64,000 nucleotides of DNA from Aquificaceae bacterium (GTDB lineage: Bacteria > Aquificota > Aquificia > Aquificales > Aquificaceae), in assembly GCA_041640635.1 (NCBI GenBank), contig JBEPZX010000004.1, positions 32,279 through 96,278 of the forward strand. The letters run 5' to 3'. Below, piece after piece: positions 1 to 9,133 of this stretch. The first letter of the stretch is position 1, and the number at the start of each line of letters is the position of its first letter. A program made the translations under genes and the position numbers. The notes under the pieces were generated by a model. The model saw only the letters and a list, made by a program, of their open reading frames with translations. It had not been told where the DNA came from and made no database searches.

Positions 1-311
1 CCTAATCCTTTTTGGATGTAAGGTATGTTACGAGCAGAGGTGTAGACCCTTCTACCAAGTTTCGATATTCTGCCTAACTCTCTTATAGCACTCTTACTTT
101 TTTTGTGATCTAAATATCTAAGGTGGATCCTTAGAGTATACTGGTATCCCTTTTTAGCATCCTCGATCCTTTCCCAATCCTTTATGTAACCTTCTTTTTT
201 TAGTATTTCTAGAATACGCTCCTTCATCTTGGATGACGGTATATCTACATAATCCATTCTTCTCTGAATAGCATTCTTAATAGCCGAAAACATATCCGCT
301 ATTGGGTCCAT
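1..311 (-). CDS. rpsH: 30S ribosomal protein S8 (partial, runs off the window start)
   Basis: Manual translation from ATG at 311: MDPIADMFSAIKNA...LKKEGYIKD...ISKLGRRVY...GLG; follows rpsN in spc operon order. Confidence 0.95.
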   Translation of the reverse strand, partial: MDPIADMFSAIKNAIQRRMDYVDIPSSKMKERILEILKKEGYIKDWERIEDAKKGYQYTLRIHLRYLDHKKSKSAIRELGRISKLGRRVYTSARNIPYIQKGL

Positions 312-323
312 TAGTCTACCTCC

Positions 324-512
324 TTACCAACTTGCCTTCTTTACTCCAGGAAGTTCGCCTTTATGAGCAAGCTCCCTAAAGCACAACCTACACATACCAA
401 AGTACCTTATAAAACCCCTAGGTCTGCCGCATATTGGGCATCTGTTTTTGCTCCTCACTTCGTACTTTGGAAAGTGCTTTATGTCTTTTGCTACTTTAGC
501 TTTCCTTGGCAT
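324..512 (-). CDS. rpsN: 30S ribosomal protein S14, zinc-binding (C+) type
   Basis: [10 protein letters not shown]...CRLCFRELA...LPGVKKASW. Confidence 0.97.
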   Translation of the reverse strand: MPRKAKVAKDIKHFPKYEVRSKNRCPICGRPRGFIRYFGMCRLCFRELAHKGELPGVKKASW

Positions 513-513
513 A

Positions 514-1077
514 TCACACGCTCCTTATAGGTAATCCTAATAGAGATAGAAGCCATAAGGCTTCCTCATCACTTTTTGCAGTGGTATGAATTATTATATC
601 CATACCCCTTATAGCATCCACTTTTTCGTAATCTATCTCTGGAAATACTATCTGCTCGCTTATACCAAAGGCGTAGTTTCCTCTTCCGTCAAAGGATCTA
701 GGATTTAGACCCTTAAAGTCTTTGACTCTTGGTAGAGCAACGGATATAAGCTTATCAAGAAAATCCCACATGCGTTCTTTTCTCAGTGTAACCTTAAGAC
801 CCACAGGCATGCCTTTTCTTAGCTTAAACCCAGCTTCAGATTTTTTGGCTCTCCTTATGGAAGGTTGTTGACCAGTTATCGCCTTGATATCCTCTACAGC
901 TCTGTCTATTTGTTTTATGTCTGCAACGGCTTCACCTACTCCCATATTGACAACAACTTTCACTATCCTTGGAACTTCCATGGGATTTTTATAACCAAAG
1001 TGATTTATAAGCTGTGGCACAACCTCTTCCGTATACTTACTAAAAAGTCTTGGTACATACTTTGTCTGCGCACTCAT
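514..1077 (-). CDS. rplE: 50S ribosomal protein L5
   Basis: [34 protein letters not shown] motifs. Confidence 0.98.
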   Translation of the reverse strand: MSAQTKYVPRLFSKYTEEVVPQLINHFGYKNPMEVPRIVKVVVNMGVGEAVADIKQIDRAVEDIKAITGQQPSIRRAKKSEAGFKLRKGMPVGLKVTLRKERMWDFLDKLISVALPRVKDFKGLNPRSFDGRGNYAFGISEQIVFPEIDYEKVDAIRGMDIIIHTTAKSDEEALWLLSLLGLPIRSV

Positions 1078-1430
1078 GCTAAAGACCTCGCTTTTTCTTT
1101 AATTAAGTCTATATTTTCGTTGCACTTTTTACAGTACCTATACTTTCTGACCACATTCCCATCTTGAAGTATTCTAAAACCTACCCTTGTGGGTTTTTCA
1201 CATTTGGGGCATATCAACATAACATTACTTATGTGTATAGGTGCTTCCATCTCGTAAATACCGCCTTCTCTTACATTTGGTATCTCTTTAACGTGCTTCT
1301 TTACTATATTTACATCTTTCACTATCACTCTTCCTTCATCCTTTATAACCTTTAGGACCTCTCCCATTTTTCCACGATCTTTACCTCTCAAGACTACTAC
1401 GGTATCGCCTTTCCTTATTTTAGATGCCAT
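1074..1430 (-). CDS. rplX: 50S ribosomal protein L24
   Basis: [21 protein letters not shown] motif and EAPIHISNV; carries CPKC/CKKC; ATG at 1430 overlaps the rplN stop. Confidence 0.97.
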   Translation of the reverse strand: MASKIRKGDTVVVLRGKDRGKMGEVLKVIKDEGRVIVKDVNIVKKHVKEIPNVREGGIYEMEAPIHISNVMLICPKCEKPTRVGFRILQDGNVVRKYRYCKKCNENIDLIKEKARSLA

Positions 1431-1795
1431 CACACTACCTCCGGAGCCAGCGATGCCAGCTTGGTAAATCCTCTATTTCTGACTTCTCTAGCTATAGGTC
1501 CAAGTATACGTGTGCCTAGAGGTTCACCGTATTGGTTCAAGAGAACTACGGCGTTATCGTCAAACTTTATGTAACTTCCATCTGGTCTACCTAGTTCTTT
1601 TTTTGTGCGTACCACAACAGCCCTGTACACTTTTCCCTTCTTGGCTGGACTGTTTGGTGCTGCTTGCTTAACTGTAACAGTTACTACATCACCTACAATA
1701 GCGTATTTTCTTGGTGCATAAGGAATACCTATTATTTGCACCTTCTTTGCACCAGAATTATCCGCAACATTAGCATAACCTTGCCTCTGTATCAT
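1430..1795 (-). CDS. rplN: 50S ribosomal protein L14
   Basis: MIQ...VADNSGAK...FDDNAVVLL...GTRILGP...SLAPEVV. Confidence 0.98.
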   Translation of the reverse strand: MIQRQGYANVADNSGAKKVQIIGIPYAPRKYAIVGDVVTVTVKQAAPNSPAKKGKVYRAVVVRTKKELGRPDGSYIKFDDNAVVLLNQYGEPLGTRILGPIAREVRNRGFTKLASLAPEVV

Positions 1796-1830
1796 GGTTA
1801 ATCACCTCTCTTCTTTTAACAAGAAGGTTT

Positions 1831-1860
1831 ATTATACCACAGAACTTGAATTTTTTGCAA
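1831..1860 (-). promoter_or_regulatory. sigma70-type promoter of the spc operon
   Basis: Minus strand TTGCAA-N18-TATAAT with TG extension (TGGTATAAT), upstream of the GAGGTG SD of rplN. Confidence 0.7.
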
Positions 1861-2182
1861 GTGTATATATTTACTTGTATGTAGAAGTCCACATATACAT
1901 ATAAAAGCATGTTTATCATAATCTGCATTAGCTTTGGAATTGAAAGCTAAGTTAAATTAATACTACTTATTAAAAAATATATACAACCTCTATATAAAAA
2001 TAACTTTATGTACTATAAAATACAACAAGCCTCAAAGACAAAAACGCTCCTGAATAGCCGAATTTAGTTTAGAAGAATATCCTAAGATAAGCAAGTATTA
2101 TATAAGCATAAGGAAAAATTAATATGTTCATAACTATAGTAGCTGTATATTTTTATAATAAATTTACAATAGGAGGTAAAAA

Positions 2183-3505
2183 ATGAATATCACAAGGAGA
2201 GAGCTTATAAAAGGTGCCGGATTGGCTACACTTACCTTTGCGTCTGGGTCTAACTTAGCCTTTGCTGCTGCAGAAACTATAGTTAAAAAGGAAGCAATGC
2301 TGCCTCCACCAAAAGGTAACAGAGTTGTAATCGCAGGAGGAGGATGGGCAGGTCTTACCGTTGCCAAGTATCTAAAAAAGGAAAACCCTAATATAGAAGT
2401 AGTCCTTTTGGAAAAGAGACCTAACTTTTTCTCATGTCCAATAAGTAATGAATGGCTGGCAGGTCTTGTTAACTTAGAGTTCATTCAACACGATTACAAT
2501 CAGCCAGCTTCTAAATACGGCTACAAGTTCATTAACACAACTGTATTAGGTATAGAGAGGGATAAAAAGAGGGTGTATACTCCATACGGTTACGTAGAGT
2601 ATAACTACTTGGTGTTGGCACCTGGTATAAGGTACAACTACGGAGCTTGGTTTGGAGACAACAAAGATTTAACCAGCTATACAAAAATGAATCATCCGTC
2701 TGCCTTTATACCTGGCTCCGAACATTTAGCACTTAAAAGGAAGGTATGGGATTTTGAAGAAGGGGATTTTGTAATTACAGTACCACCTGGTGCTTACAGG
2801 TGTCCACCCGCACCATACGAAAGAGCTGCTATGATAGCTTACGTCTTCAAAAAGAACAAGGTAAATGGTAGAGTAGTAATCTTAGATCCTAAGGAAGATA
2901 TAGCTCCAAAGGGACCAGGATTTCGCAAAGCTTACGATGAGCTTTACTTAGGAATGGTTGAGTACATCCCGAAAGCAAGCATAAAAGAGGTAGATCCAGT
3001 TAAAAAGATTATAAAAACAACCGCAGGCGATTTTAAATTCACAGATGCCAATTTGAATCCTCCGCAACAAGCGGGTGAACTTGTGTGGATGGCCGATCTA
3101 ATAGCTAAAGATAAGGATGGAAAGCCTACGGGATGGGCTGATCAGGACCCACTGACTTTCCAGGCAAAAACTGATCCACAAGTATTTTTGGTGGGTGATG
3201 TAATCGGTGGGACTCCTTATCCCAAGAGTGGACACATGGCAAACTCTCAAGGGAAGATAGTAGCAAAGGTAATAGCAAGCAGAATAGCAGGCAAAGACTA
3301 CAAACCTACTCTTCCAGACAACACCTGCTACTCTATGGTTAACGGCGACCCACAAGAAGCAATAGTCATTAACGTAACTTACGAATACAACGAAAAAGAA
3401 AAGAAAATTAATCCAAAACCAAAAGTTATAAACGAAAGGTCCAAAGCTTTAGGAGATGCCACATACGAATGGGCAAGGGCTATATACAGAGATATGTTTG
3501 CTTGA
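2183..3505 (+). CDS. fccB: flavocytochrome c sulfide dehydrogenase flavoprotein subunit (FccB/SoxF family), Tat-exported
   Basis: TRRELIK Tat motif; GGGWAG FAD-binding loop; FSCPISN; YRCPPAPYER; PKSGHMANSQGK; NTCYS. Confidence 0.9.
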   Translation: MNITRRELIKGAGLATLTFASGSNLAFAAAETIVKKEAMLPPPKGNRVVIAGGGWAGLTVAKYLKKENPNIEVVLLEKRPNFFSCPISNEWLAGLVNLEFIQHDYNQPASKYGYKFINTTVLGIERDKKRVYTPYGYVEYNYLVLAPGIRYNYGAWFGDNKDLTSYTKMNHPSAFIPGSEHLALKRKVWDFEEGDFVITVPPGAYRCPPAPYERAAMIAYVFKKNKVNGRVVILDPKEDIAPKGPGFRKAYDELYLGMVEYIPKASIKEVDPVKKIIKTTAGDFKFTDANLNPPQQAGELVWMADLIAKDKDGKPTGWADQDPLTFQAKTDPQVFLVGDVIGGTPYPKSGHMANSQGKIVAKVIASRIAGKDYKPTLPDNTCYSMVNGDPQEAIVINVTYEYNEKEKKINPKPKVINERSKALGDATYEWARAIYRDMFA

Positions 3506-3512
3506 TTTTTCA

Positions 3513-3534
3513 GGGGGCTGCCATAGCCCCTTTT
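3513..3534 (+). terminator. intrinsic terminator after fccB
   Basis: GGGGCT-GCCAT-AGCCCC hairpin followed by TTTT. Confidence 0.65.
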
Positions 3535-3551
3535 CAATGGAGATATAAGAT

Positions 3552-4565
3552 ATGAATACCTTTAGAAATAATCGCATTGGCTTTGTATTTCCCGCACTTA
3601 TAGTAACATTAACTTTATTCTTTACTATATTTTCGTACGCAAACTTTATGCAATCTGACATTCACCACAAAGATCATACATCTACAAAAGATGAACATTC
3701 GACAGAAATACCAATTAAAACTATAGCTGACCGTCAAAAGTATCTAAAACCTGTTTTAAAAGGTGGTGTAAAGGAGTTTCATCTTACAGCTGAAGTTATC
3801 CGCTGGGAATACACAAAGGGAAAAACTATTCTTGTATGGGGTTTCAATGGTCAAATTCCTGGACCAGAGATTAGAGTAAGGGAAAATGACAAAGTTCGTA
3901 TTGTAATTACCAACAAATTGCCAAAGGCAATAACCGTCCATTGGCACGGTGTGGATGTACCATTTGAGCAAGATGGAGTTCCTGAAATAACCCAAAAGGC
4001 TATCCAACCAGGAGAAGTTTATATTTACGAATTCGTTGCTAAACCTGCTGGTACTCGTTTTTATCATGCCCACGGCAGTAAAATGGGGGACGAAGCAGAA
4101 CAACTGGATATGGGTTTATCAGGTGCATTCATTATAGAACCACGTAACTATAAAAGGCCGGATAGAGAGTACGTACTTATACTGGACGATTGGCAAGCTA
4201 TGTCTGAGGGTCATGTGAATGGGCACTCTGGAAACTATGATCTCTTTACTATAAATGGCTTGGCTTTTCCATCAACGGAGCCTATTAAGGTAAGGAAAGG
4301 TGAAAGGGTTCGCTTAAGGATTATAAACACTAGCGTATCTACCTTTCATCCAATGCATTTACACGGTCATCAGTTTAAAGTTGTAGCGGTAGATGGTAAC
4401 CCTGTACCACCAGCAGCTCAGTTAATACGTAACACAATCACCCTTCATCCTGGGGAAACCTATGATATTGAATTTATTGCAAACAATCCTGGCACTTGGC
4501 TTTTTCACTGTCATGAACTTCATCATGCTGATGCCGGAATGGCTACACTAATTGTATATTATTAG
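3552..4565 (+). CDS. two-domain multicopper oxidase (small-laccase-like), N-terminal membrane anchor or signal
   Basis: VHWHG, FYHAH, HPMHLHGH and HCHELHHADAGM copper motifs in 337 aa. Confidence 0.88.
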   Translation: MNTFRNNRIGFVFPALIVTLTLFFTIFSYANFMQSDIHHKDHTSTKDEHSTEIPIKTIADRQKYLKPVLKGGVKEFHLTAEVIRWEYTKGKTILVWGFNGQIPGPEIRVRENDKVRIVITNKLPKAITVHWHGVDVPFEQDGVPEITQKAIQPGEVYIYEFVAKPAGTRFYHAHGSKMGDEAEQLDMGLSGAFIIEPRNYKRPDREYVLILDDWQAMSEGHVNGHSGNYDLFTINGLAFPSTEPIKVRKGERVRLRIINTSVSTFHPMHLHGHQFKVVAVDGNPVPPAAQLIRNTITLHPGETYDIEFIANNPGTWLFHCHELHHADAGMATLIVYY

Positions 4566-4613
4566 AGTCTTATATTTATTACTTTTTTCTATAATTTTAA
4601 CGGAGGTCTTATT

Positions 4614-5330
4614 ATGGATAGAAGGGATTTTATAAAAGCTTGTGCAACAGTGGGTTTGGTAGCCACATTAGATCCAGCTGTGTTTCAAAGATCTCTGGCT
4701 TCTCAAGGCAACCTCCTAAAAAGCTACAGTAAAGCCTTGTTAGTAAAAAGTGACGGAACGCCTCTTCTTGAAAGTGACATAACGCCAGAAAAAAGCTACA
4801 TTTTCTTTTATCCTTATGCATCTACACCGTGTTTCTTAATAAATTTAAACAAAGAAGTAAAAGCTACGGAAATAAAGTTAAAGGATGGTAGATCCTACAC
4901 ATGGACAGGTGGAGTAGGTAAAAGTAGAAGTATAGTTGCTTACTCTGCTATATGTGCTCACCAATGGAGCTATCCAACAAAGGACTATGCCTTTATAAAT
5001 TACTATCCTCAGGAGAAACCTTCAGAAACTACGAAAAAAGCCGGTGTGATTCAATGCTGTGCTCACTTAGCCATATACGACCCTACACAAGGTGCCAAAC
5101 CAGTAGATGGACCTGCTGAGTATCCCCTAGCGGCAGTCCTTATAACTCAGGAAGGGAATAACCTTTACGCTACAGGAGTTATTGGTGTGGACCAATTTGA
5201 TAAATTTTTCGACCTATATAAACAAGAACTAAGGAAAGAATACGGATCTACAGCAAAAGCTAAAACTTTAGTGGATAAATGTGTAGTCATGGAGGTGGAT
5301 AGCTATGTTAAAAACCCAATCAGGTGTTAA
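4614..5330 (+). CDS. Tat-exported Rieske [2Fe-2S] protein associated with sulfide dehydrogenase
   Basis: DRRDFIK Tat motif; SAICAHQ and QCCAHLAIYDP Rieske boxes; GPAEYPL. Confidence 0.85.
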   Translation: MDRRDFIKACATVGLVATLDPAVFQRSLASQGNLLKSYSKALLVKSDGTPLLESDITPEKSYIFFYPYASTPCFLINLNKEVKATEIKLKDGRSYTWTGGVGKSRSIVAYSAICAHQWSYPTKDYAFINYYPQEKPSETTKKAGVIQCCAHLAIYDPTQGAKPVDGPAEYPLAAVLITQEGNNLYATGVIGVDQFDKFFDLYKQELRKEYGSTAKAKTLVDKCVVMEVDSYVKNPIRC

Positions 5331-6573
5331 CAGAAGGGAGTTTATATTAGGTGGTCTTTCAGCAGGTGTTCTCTTTGGAACAACATCCTTTGCATCACCA
5401 GTAGTGACAAGCAAGGGTATTTCTAAAGCCAAGATAGTAATTGTTGGTGGTGGCTATGGAGGTTTAACAGTAGCTAAATACATAAAAAAGGAGAACAAGA
5501 ACTTATCTGTAACATTGATTGAAGAGAAACCCTTTTTCATGTCCTGTCCCATGTCTAACCACTTCTTAGCAGGTTTGATGGAGCTTACATCCCTTTGTTT
5601 CTCTTATAACACATTAAGTGTAAATCACGGTATAAATTTTGTTAACGAAAAGGTTTTAGACATAGACCTTCATAAGAGATTGGTAAGAACCGTAAACGGT
5701 ACCTTCAAATATGACTTTTTAATACTTTCGCCTGGTATAGACTACGATATAGATAACAGACCAGATTACAAAGAGTCTATAATTCATAATCCACCTGCCT
5801 TTAAGCCTGGATCCGAACACATACACTTGAAAAGGTTATTGGAAGAATTTGAGGAAGGAGAAATAGTAATTACTGTGCCTGAACCTCCATACAGATGTCC
5901 ACCGGCTCCATACGAAAGAGCCGCTCTTATAGCAAGTATGATAAAACGGCTAAACCTTAAGGCTCATATTTACTTTATAGATGCCAATGAAAAGCCTATC
6001 ATAAATTCTCAAGGTTTCCTATCAGCCTACTACGACCTTTATAAGGACGTAGCTACGTACATAACCTCTGCACGTGTTAGAGAAATAGACATACATAAAA
6101 AGATCATAAAAACTACTCATGGGGATTTTAAGTATAGCATAGCAAATGTGATCCCTCCTATGAAAGCTAGCAATCTTTTGAACAAGATTGGTCTATTAAA
6201 GAAGGAGCAAAAGTGGGCTTATGTTAATCCTTTAACTTTTGAAACAAACATAGAAAATGTATTTGTGATAGGTGATGCATCTCAAACTTACTTACCGAAA
6301 AGCGGCTATGCAGCCCATTCTCAAGGTAAAGTTTTAGCAAAAATAATAAATTCAAGAATAACAGGCAAACCTTTAGACAGGGAATATATGCAGATGATAT
6401 GCTATGCAATGGTGAGTGACAAAGAAGCTATAATGGCAGAAACTAGTTTTACATACGACGTAAGTAACAAGAGATTTATCCCAAAGCATATAGAGGATAA
6501 TATAAGGAAAGAAACTACAGCAAAAAGATACGATGAATGGGCGAGAGGTTTGTGGAGAGACCTCTTTAGCTAA
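5305..6573 (+). CDS. second flavocytochrome c sulfide dehydrogenase flavoprotein paralog
   Basis: NRREFIL Tat motif; GGGYGG; MSCPMSN; YRCPPAPYER; PKSGYAAHSQGK; MICYA; GGAGG SD upstream. Confidence 0.88.
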   Translation: MLKTQSGVNRREFILGGLSAGVLFGTTSFASPVVTSKGISKAKIVIVGGGYGGLTVAKYIKKENKNLSVTLIEEKPFFMSCPMSNHFLAGLMELTSLCFSYNTLSVNHGINFVNEKVLDIDLHKRLVRTVNGTFKYDFLILSPGIDYDIDNRPDYKESIIHNPPAFKPGSEHIHLKRLLEEFEEGEIVITVPEPPYRCPPAPYERAALIASMIKRLNLKAHIYFIDANEKPIINSQGFLSAYYDLYKDVATYITSARVREIDIHKKIIKTTHGDFKYSIANVIPPMKASNLLNKIGLLKKEQKWAYVNPLTFETNIENVFVIGDASQTYLPKSGYAAHSQGKVLAKIINSRITGKPLDREYMQMICYAMVSDKEAIMAETSFTYDVSNKRFIPKHIEDNIRKETTAKRYDEWARGLWRDLFS

Positions 6574-6596
6574 TATAGAAATTAAATTTTAAAAAT

Positions 6597-7409
6597 ATGA
6601 TACTTCTATCACCAGCAAAACTTAACCTAGGGTTGTGGCTTCTGGGCAAAAGACCTGATGGATATCACGAAATATTCACTGTGTTTCATACCGTAAACCT
6701 TTGCGACGAGATAACTATAAAGGAGGGTCCCAAAAAGGTAGAAACGAGTAACCTAATACCTCAAGAAGAGAATCTGGTATATAAAGCCTTGAACCTTTTA
6801 GAAGGGAAATTAGGAGAAGATGTACATTTTAGCGTATACATAAATAAGAAAATCCCGGTAGGCGGAGGATTAGGTGGTGGATCTTCCAATGTCGCTACTG
6901 TCCTAAAAGCCGTAAACAACTTGTTGGGTAATCCTTTACCTTTTGAAGATCTTGTGGATATAGCCAAGAGCGTATCTTCGGATGCTCCGTTCTTTTTATA
7001 TGGAGGCACGGCTATTGGTACCAATAAAGGGGATGTTATTAGACCTATAGAACACATAAATTTGGAATTCACTATAGTATGTCCATCCTTTTCAGCTTCG
7101 AGCAAGAAAGTTTATTCTATGGTGAGCGAGGAAGAATTGACAAAGAATATAGATATTGATAAAATAATAAATTGTATATATAGGCACGAATTTGAAGTTT
7201 TGGAAAATAAACTGGGCGATATAAGTGCGAGAATGTTTCCTCAAGTAGGAGAAGTAGTTAGGTTTTTAAGTGATATGGGTTACAGGCCGTTAGTTAGCGG
7301 GTCTGGATCCTGTGTGTATGTTATAGGTGAGGTTTCAGAAGAAGTAGAAAGGGCTGCGAAGTTACGTAGTTGGCTATTGTATAAAGTGAAGAGTTGGCAT
7401 GGGGTGTAG
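6597..7409 (+). CDS. ispE: 4-diphosphocytidyl-2-C-methyl-D-erythritol kinase
   Basis: SPAKLNLGL, RPDGYHEI, KIPVGGGLGGGSSN GHMP motif, SGSGS. Confidence 0.95.
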   Translation: MILLSPAKLNLGLWLLGKRPDGYHEIFTVFHTVNLCDEITIKEGPKKVETSNLIPQEENLVYKALNLLEGKLGEDVHFSVYINKKIPVGGGLGGGSSNVATVLKAVNNLLGNPLPFEDLVDIAKSVSSDAPFFLYGGTAIGTNKGDVIRPIEHINLEFTIVCPSFSASSKKVYSMVSEEELTKNIDIDKIINCIYRHEFEVLENKLGDISARMFPQVGEVVRFLSDMGYRPLVSGSGSCVYVIGEVSEEVERAAKLRSWLLYKVKSWHGV

Positions 7410-7475
7410 CTCAACTGGCAGAGCATCGGATTTTGGATCCGAGGGTTCCTGGTTCGAGTCCAGGCACCCCAGCCA
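7400..7475 (+). tRNA. tRNA-Gln(UUG)
   Basis: Cloverleaf TGGGGTG...CACCCCA-G-CCA; anticodon arm TCGGA-TTTTGGA-TCCGA; GTTCGAGTC T-loop. Confidence 0.96.
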
Positions 7476-7495
7476 AACTTATTTAGGAGAGTAAA

Positions 7496-8437
7496 ATGAT
7501 AGGATCTATTAAAATCCTAACAGGTAGCAGTAATCCACAGCTCGCTAAGGACGTAGCGACGTACTTAGGTATACCTCTTTCGGATATACTCGTAGGTAGA
7601 TTTAGCGATGGTGAAGTGAGGGTTCAGATAAATGAGTCTATGAGAGGGGAAGATGTATATTTAATACAATCTCTGTCGCCTCCTGTAAACGAAAATATAA
7701 TGGAACTGTTGCTCATTTTAGATGCTCTTAAAAGAGCTTCAGCAGGAAGAATTACTGCTGTTATACCGTACTATGCTTATGCCAGACAAGACAGAAAGGA
7801 TAAACCTCGTGTGCCTATAAGTGCTAGACTGTTAGCCGATCTAATAACTACAGCTGGCGCCCAGAGAGTTGTGGTAATAGAGTTACACTCTCCACAAATA
7901 CAAGGTTTCTTTAGTATACCTGTAGATAACTTACTAGCTTTGAATGTTATTTACGATTACATTAAAGATAAAGTAGATGAAAACACAGTAATAGTTTCTC
8001 CTGATGCAGGCGGTGTAGAAAGAGCTAGACTTTTGGCAAACAAGATTGGCTGTAGTATAGCGATAATATATAAGAGAAGACCTGAACCTAATGTTGCGGA
8101 AGTATTTGACATTATAGGTGATGTAGAGGGTAAAAAGGTTATCATTGTAGATGATATAATAGACACAGCGGGTACGGTTGTTGCTGCATCAAACCTTCTT
8201 ATGTCCAAAGGTGCTAAAGAAGTTATAATAGCAGCAACACACGGATTGTTATCAGGTCACGCAATAGATAGGTTAAAAAATTCCGCTATTAGCGAGGTTA
8301 TAATAACAAATACTATACCGTTAGGTAACAAAGGTGCAAACTTGAACAAACTCAAGGTTCTATCCGTAGCTCCTTTGATAGGAGAGGCTATTAGGAGAAT
8401 ACACGAAGGTTATTCAGTAAGCTCTTTATTTATATAA
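7496..8437 (+). CDS. prs: ribose-phosphate pyrophosphokinase
   Basis: FSDGE, PYYAYARQDRK, VSPDAGG, VDDIIDTAGT. Confidence 0.97.
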   Translation: MIGSIKILTGSSNPQLAKDVATYLGIPLSDILVGRFSDGEVRVQINESMRGEDVYLIQSLSPPVNENIMELLLILDALKRASAGRITAVIPYYAYARQDRKDKPRVPISARLLADLITTAGAQRVVVIELHSPQIQGFFSIPVDNLLALNVIYDYIKDKVDENTVIVSPDAGGVERARLLANKIGCSIAIIYKRRPEPNVAEVFDIIGDVEGKKVIIVDDIIDTAGTVVAASNLLMSKGAKEVIIAATHGLLSGHAIDRLKNSAISEVIITNTIPLGNKGANLNKLKVLSVAPLIGEAIRRIHEGYSVSSLFI

Positions 8438-8445
8438 ACGTAAAA

Positions 8446-8550
8446 GTTGCCCCAAAACCGCCAGTTGGGGACAGGGGCAATCTAAGAGGCGGTATAAAAA
8501 TACCCCAACCTAAACTACGTATGGGTAGTTTAGACAAAAGGTGGGTTTTG
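8446..8550 (+). ncRNA. candidate structured cis-regulatory RNA in the rplY leader
   Basis: Four perfect helices in about 90 nt of a GC-enriched intergenic island: 8447-53/8474-80, 8457-62/8488-93, 8464-70/8503-09, 8510-18/8525-33. Confidence 0.55.
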
Positions 8551-8554
8551 AAAT

Positions 8555-9133
8555 ATGAGAAGGATAGCTGTTAGCCTTACAAAAAGGACGTTAGGAAAGA
8601 AAAGCCAGCTAAAGCAGGCGCGTAAGCAAGGTTACGTTCCTGTTGAGATTTACGGTAAAGGAGTAGAAAACACGCATGCCTTTATGTCACTTAAAGATCT
8701 ACTAGCTCTTCCACATGGAGAGACATTTCTCTTAGAAGTGGATATAGACGGTCAAAAGAGAATATGCTTAGTAAAAGATATAGAGACGGGTTGGCTTGGG
8801 GATAATCCAATACATGTGGACCTTTACGATATATCTCAGGTGAAAAGCATAGAGATAGAAGTTCCTATAGAATTTGTAGGAACTCCAGAAGGTGTTTCTT
8901 TAGGAGGTACTTTTGAGATTCTTCTGCATACTCTTACTGTAAAGGCCTCAGTAGAAAATATCCCAGATAAGATAGTAGTAAACGTAAATTCTCTAGGGTT
9001 AGGAAGTGTGTTACACGTGAGAGATGTAGCACCTCCTGAAGGATGCGTAATAATGGACTCCCCAGAAGAAGTTATAGCGGTAGTATCAGAACCAGAAGCT
9101 GAAAGCACTCCAACTGAAGAAACTTCAGCTTAA
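8555..9133 (+). CDS. rplY: 50S ribosomal protein L25/TL5 (Ctc type)
   Basis: RKQGYVPVEIYGKG, PIHVDL, VPIEFVGTPEGVSLGG; between prs and pth. Confidence 0.93.
   Translation: MRRIAVSLTKRTLGKKSQLKQARKQGYVPVEIYGKGVENTHAFMSLKDLLALPHGETFLLEVDIDGQKRICLVKDIETGWLGDNPIHVDLYDISQVKSIEIEVPIEFVGTPEGVSLGGTFEILLHTLTVKASVENIPDKIVVNVNSLGLGSVLHVRDVAPPEGCVIMDSPEEVIAVVSEPEAESTPTEETSA

Noticed and set aside
1796..2182. Absence of rpsQ upstream of rplN, and inverted repeat TTAGCTTT-N7-AAAGCTAA at 1928-50
   Set aside because: A split S10/spc operon is already known in Aquifex; the repeat is single-copy and AT-rich with no supporting context
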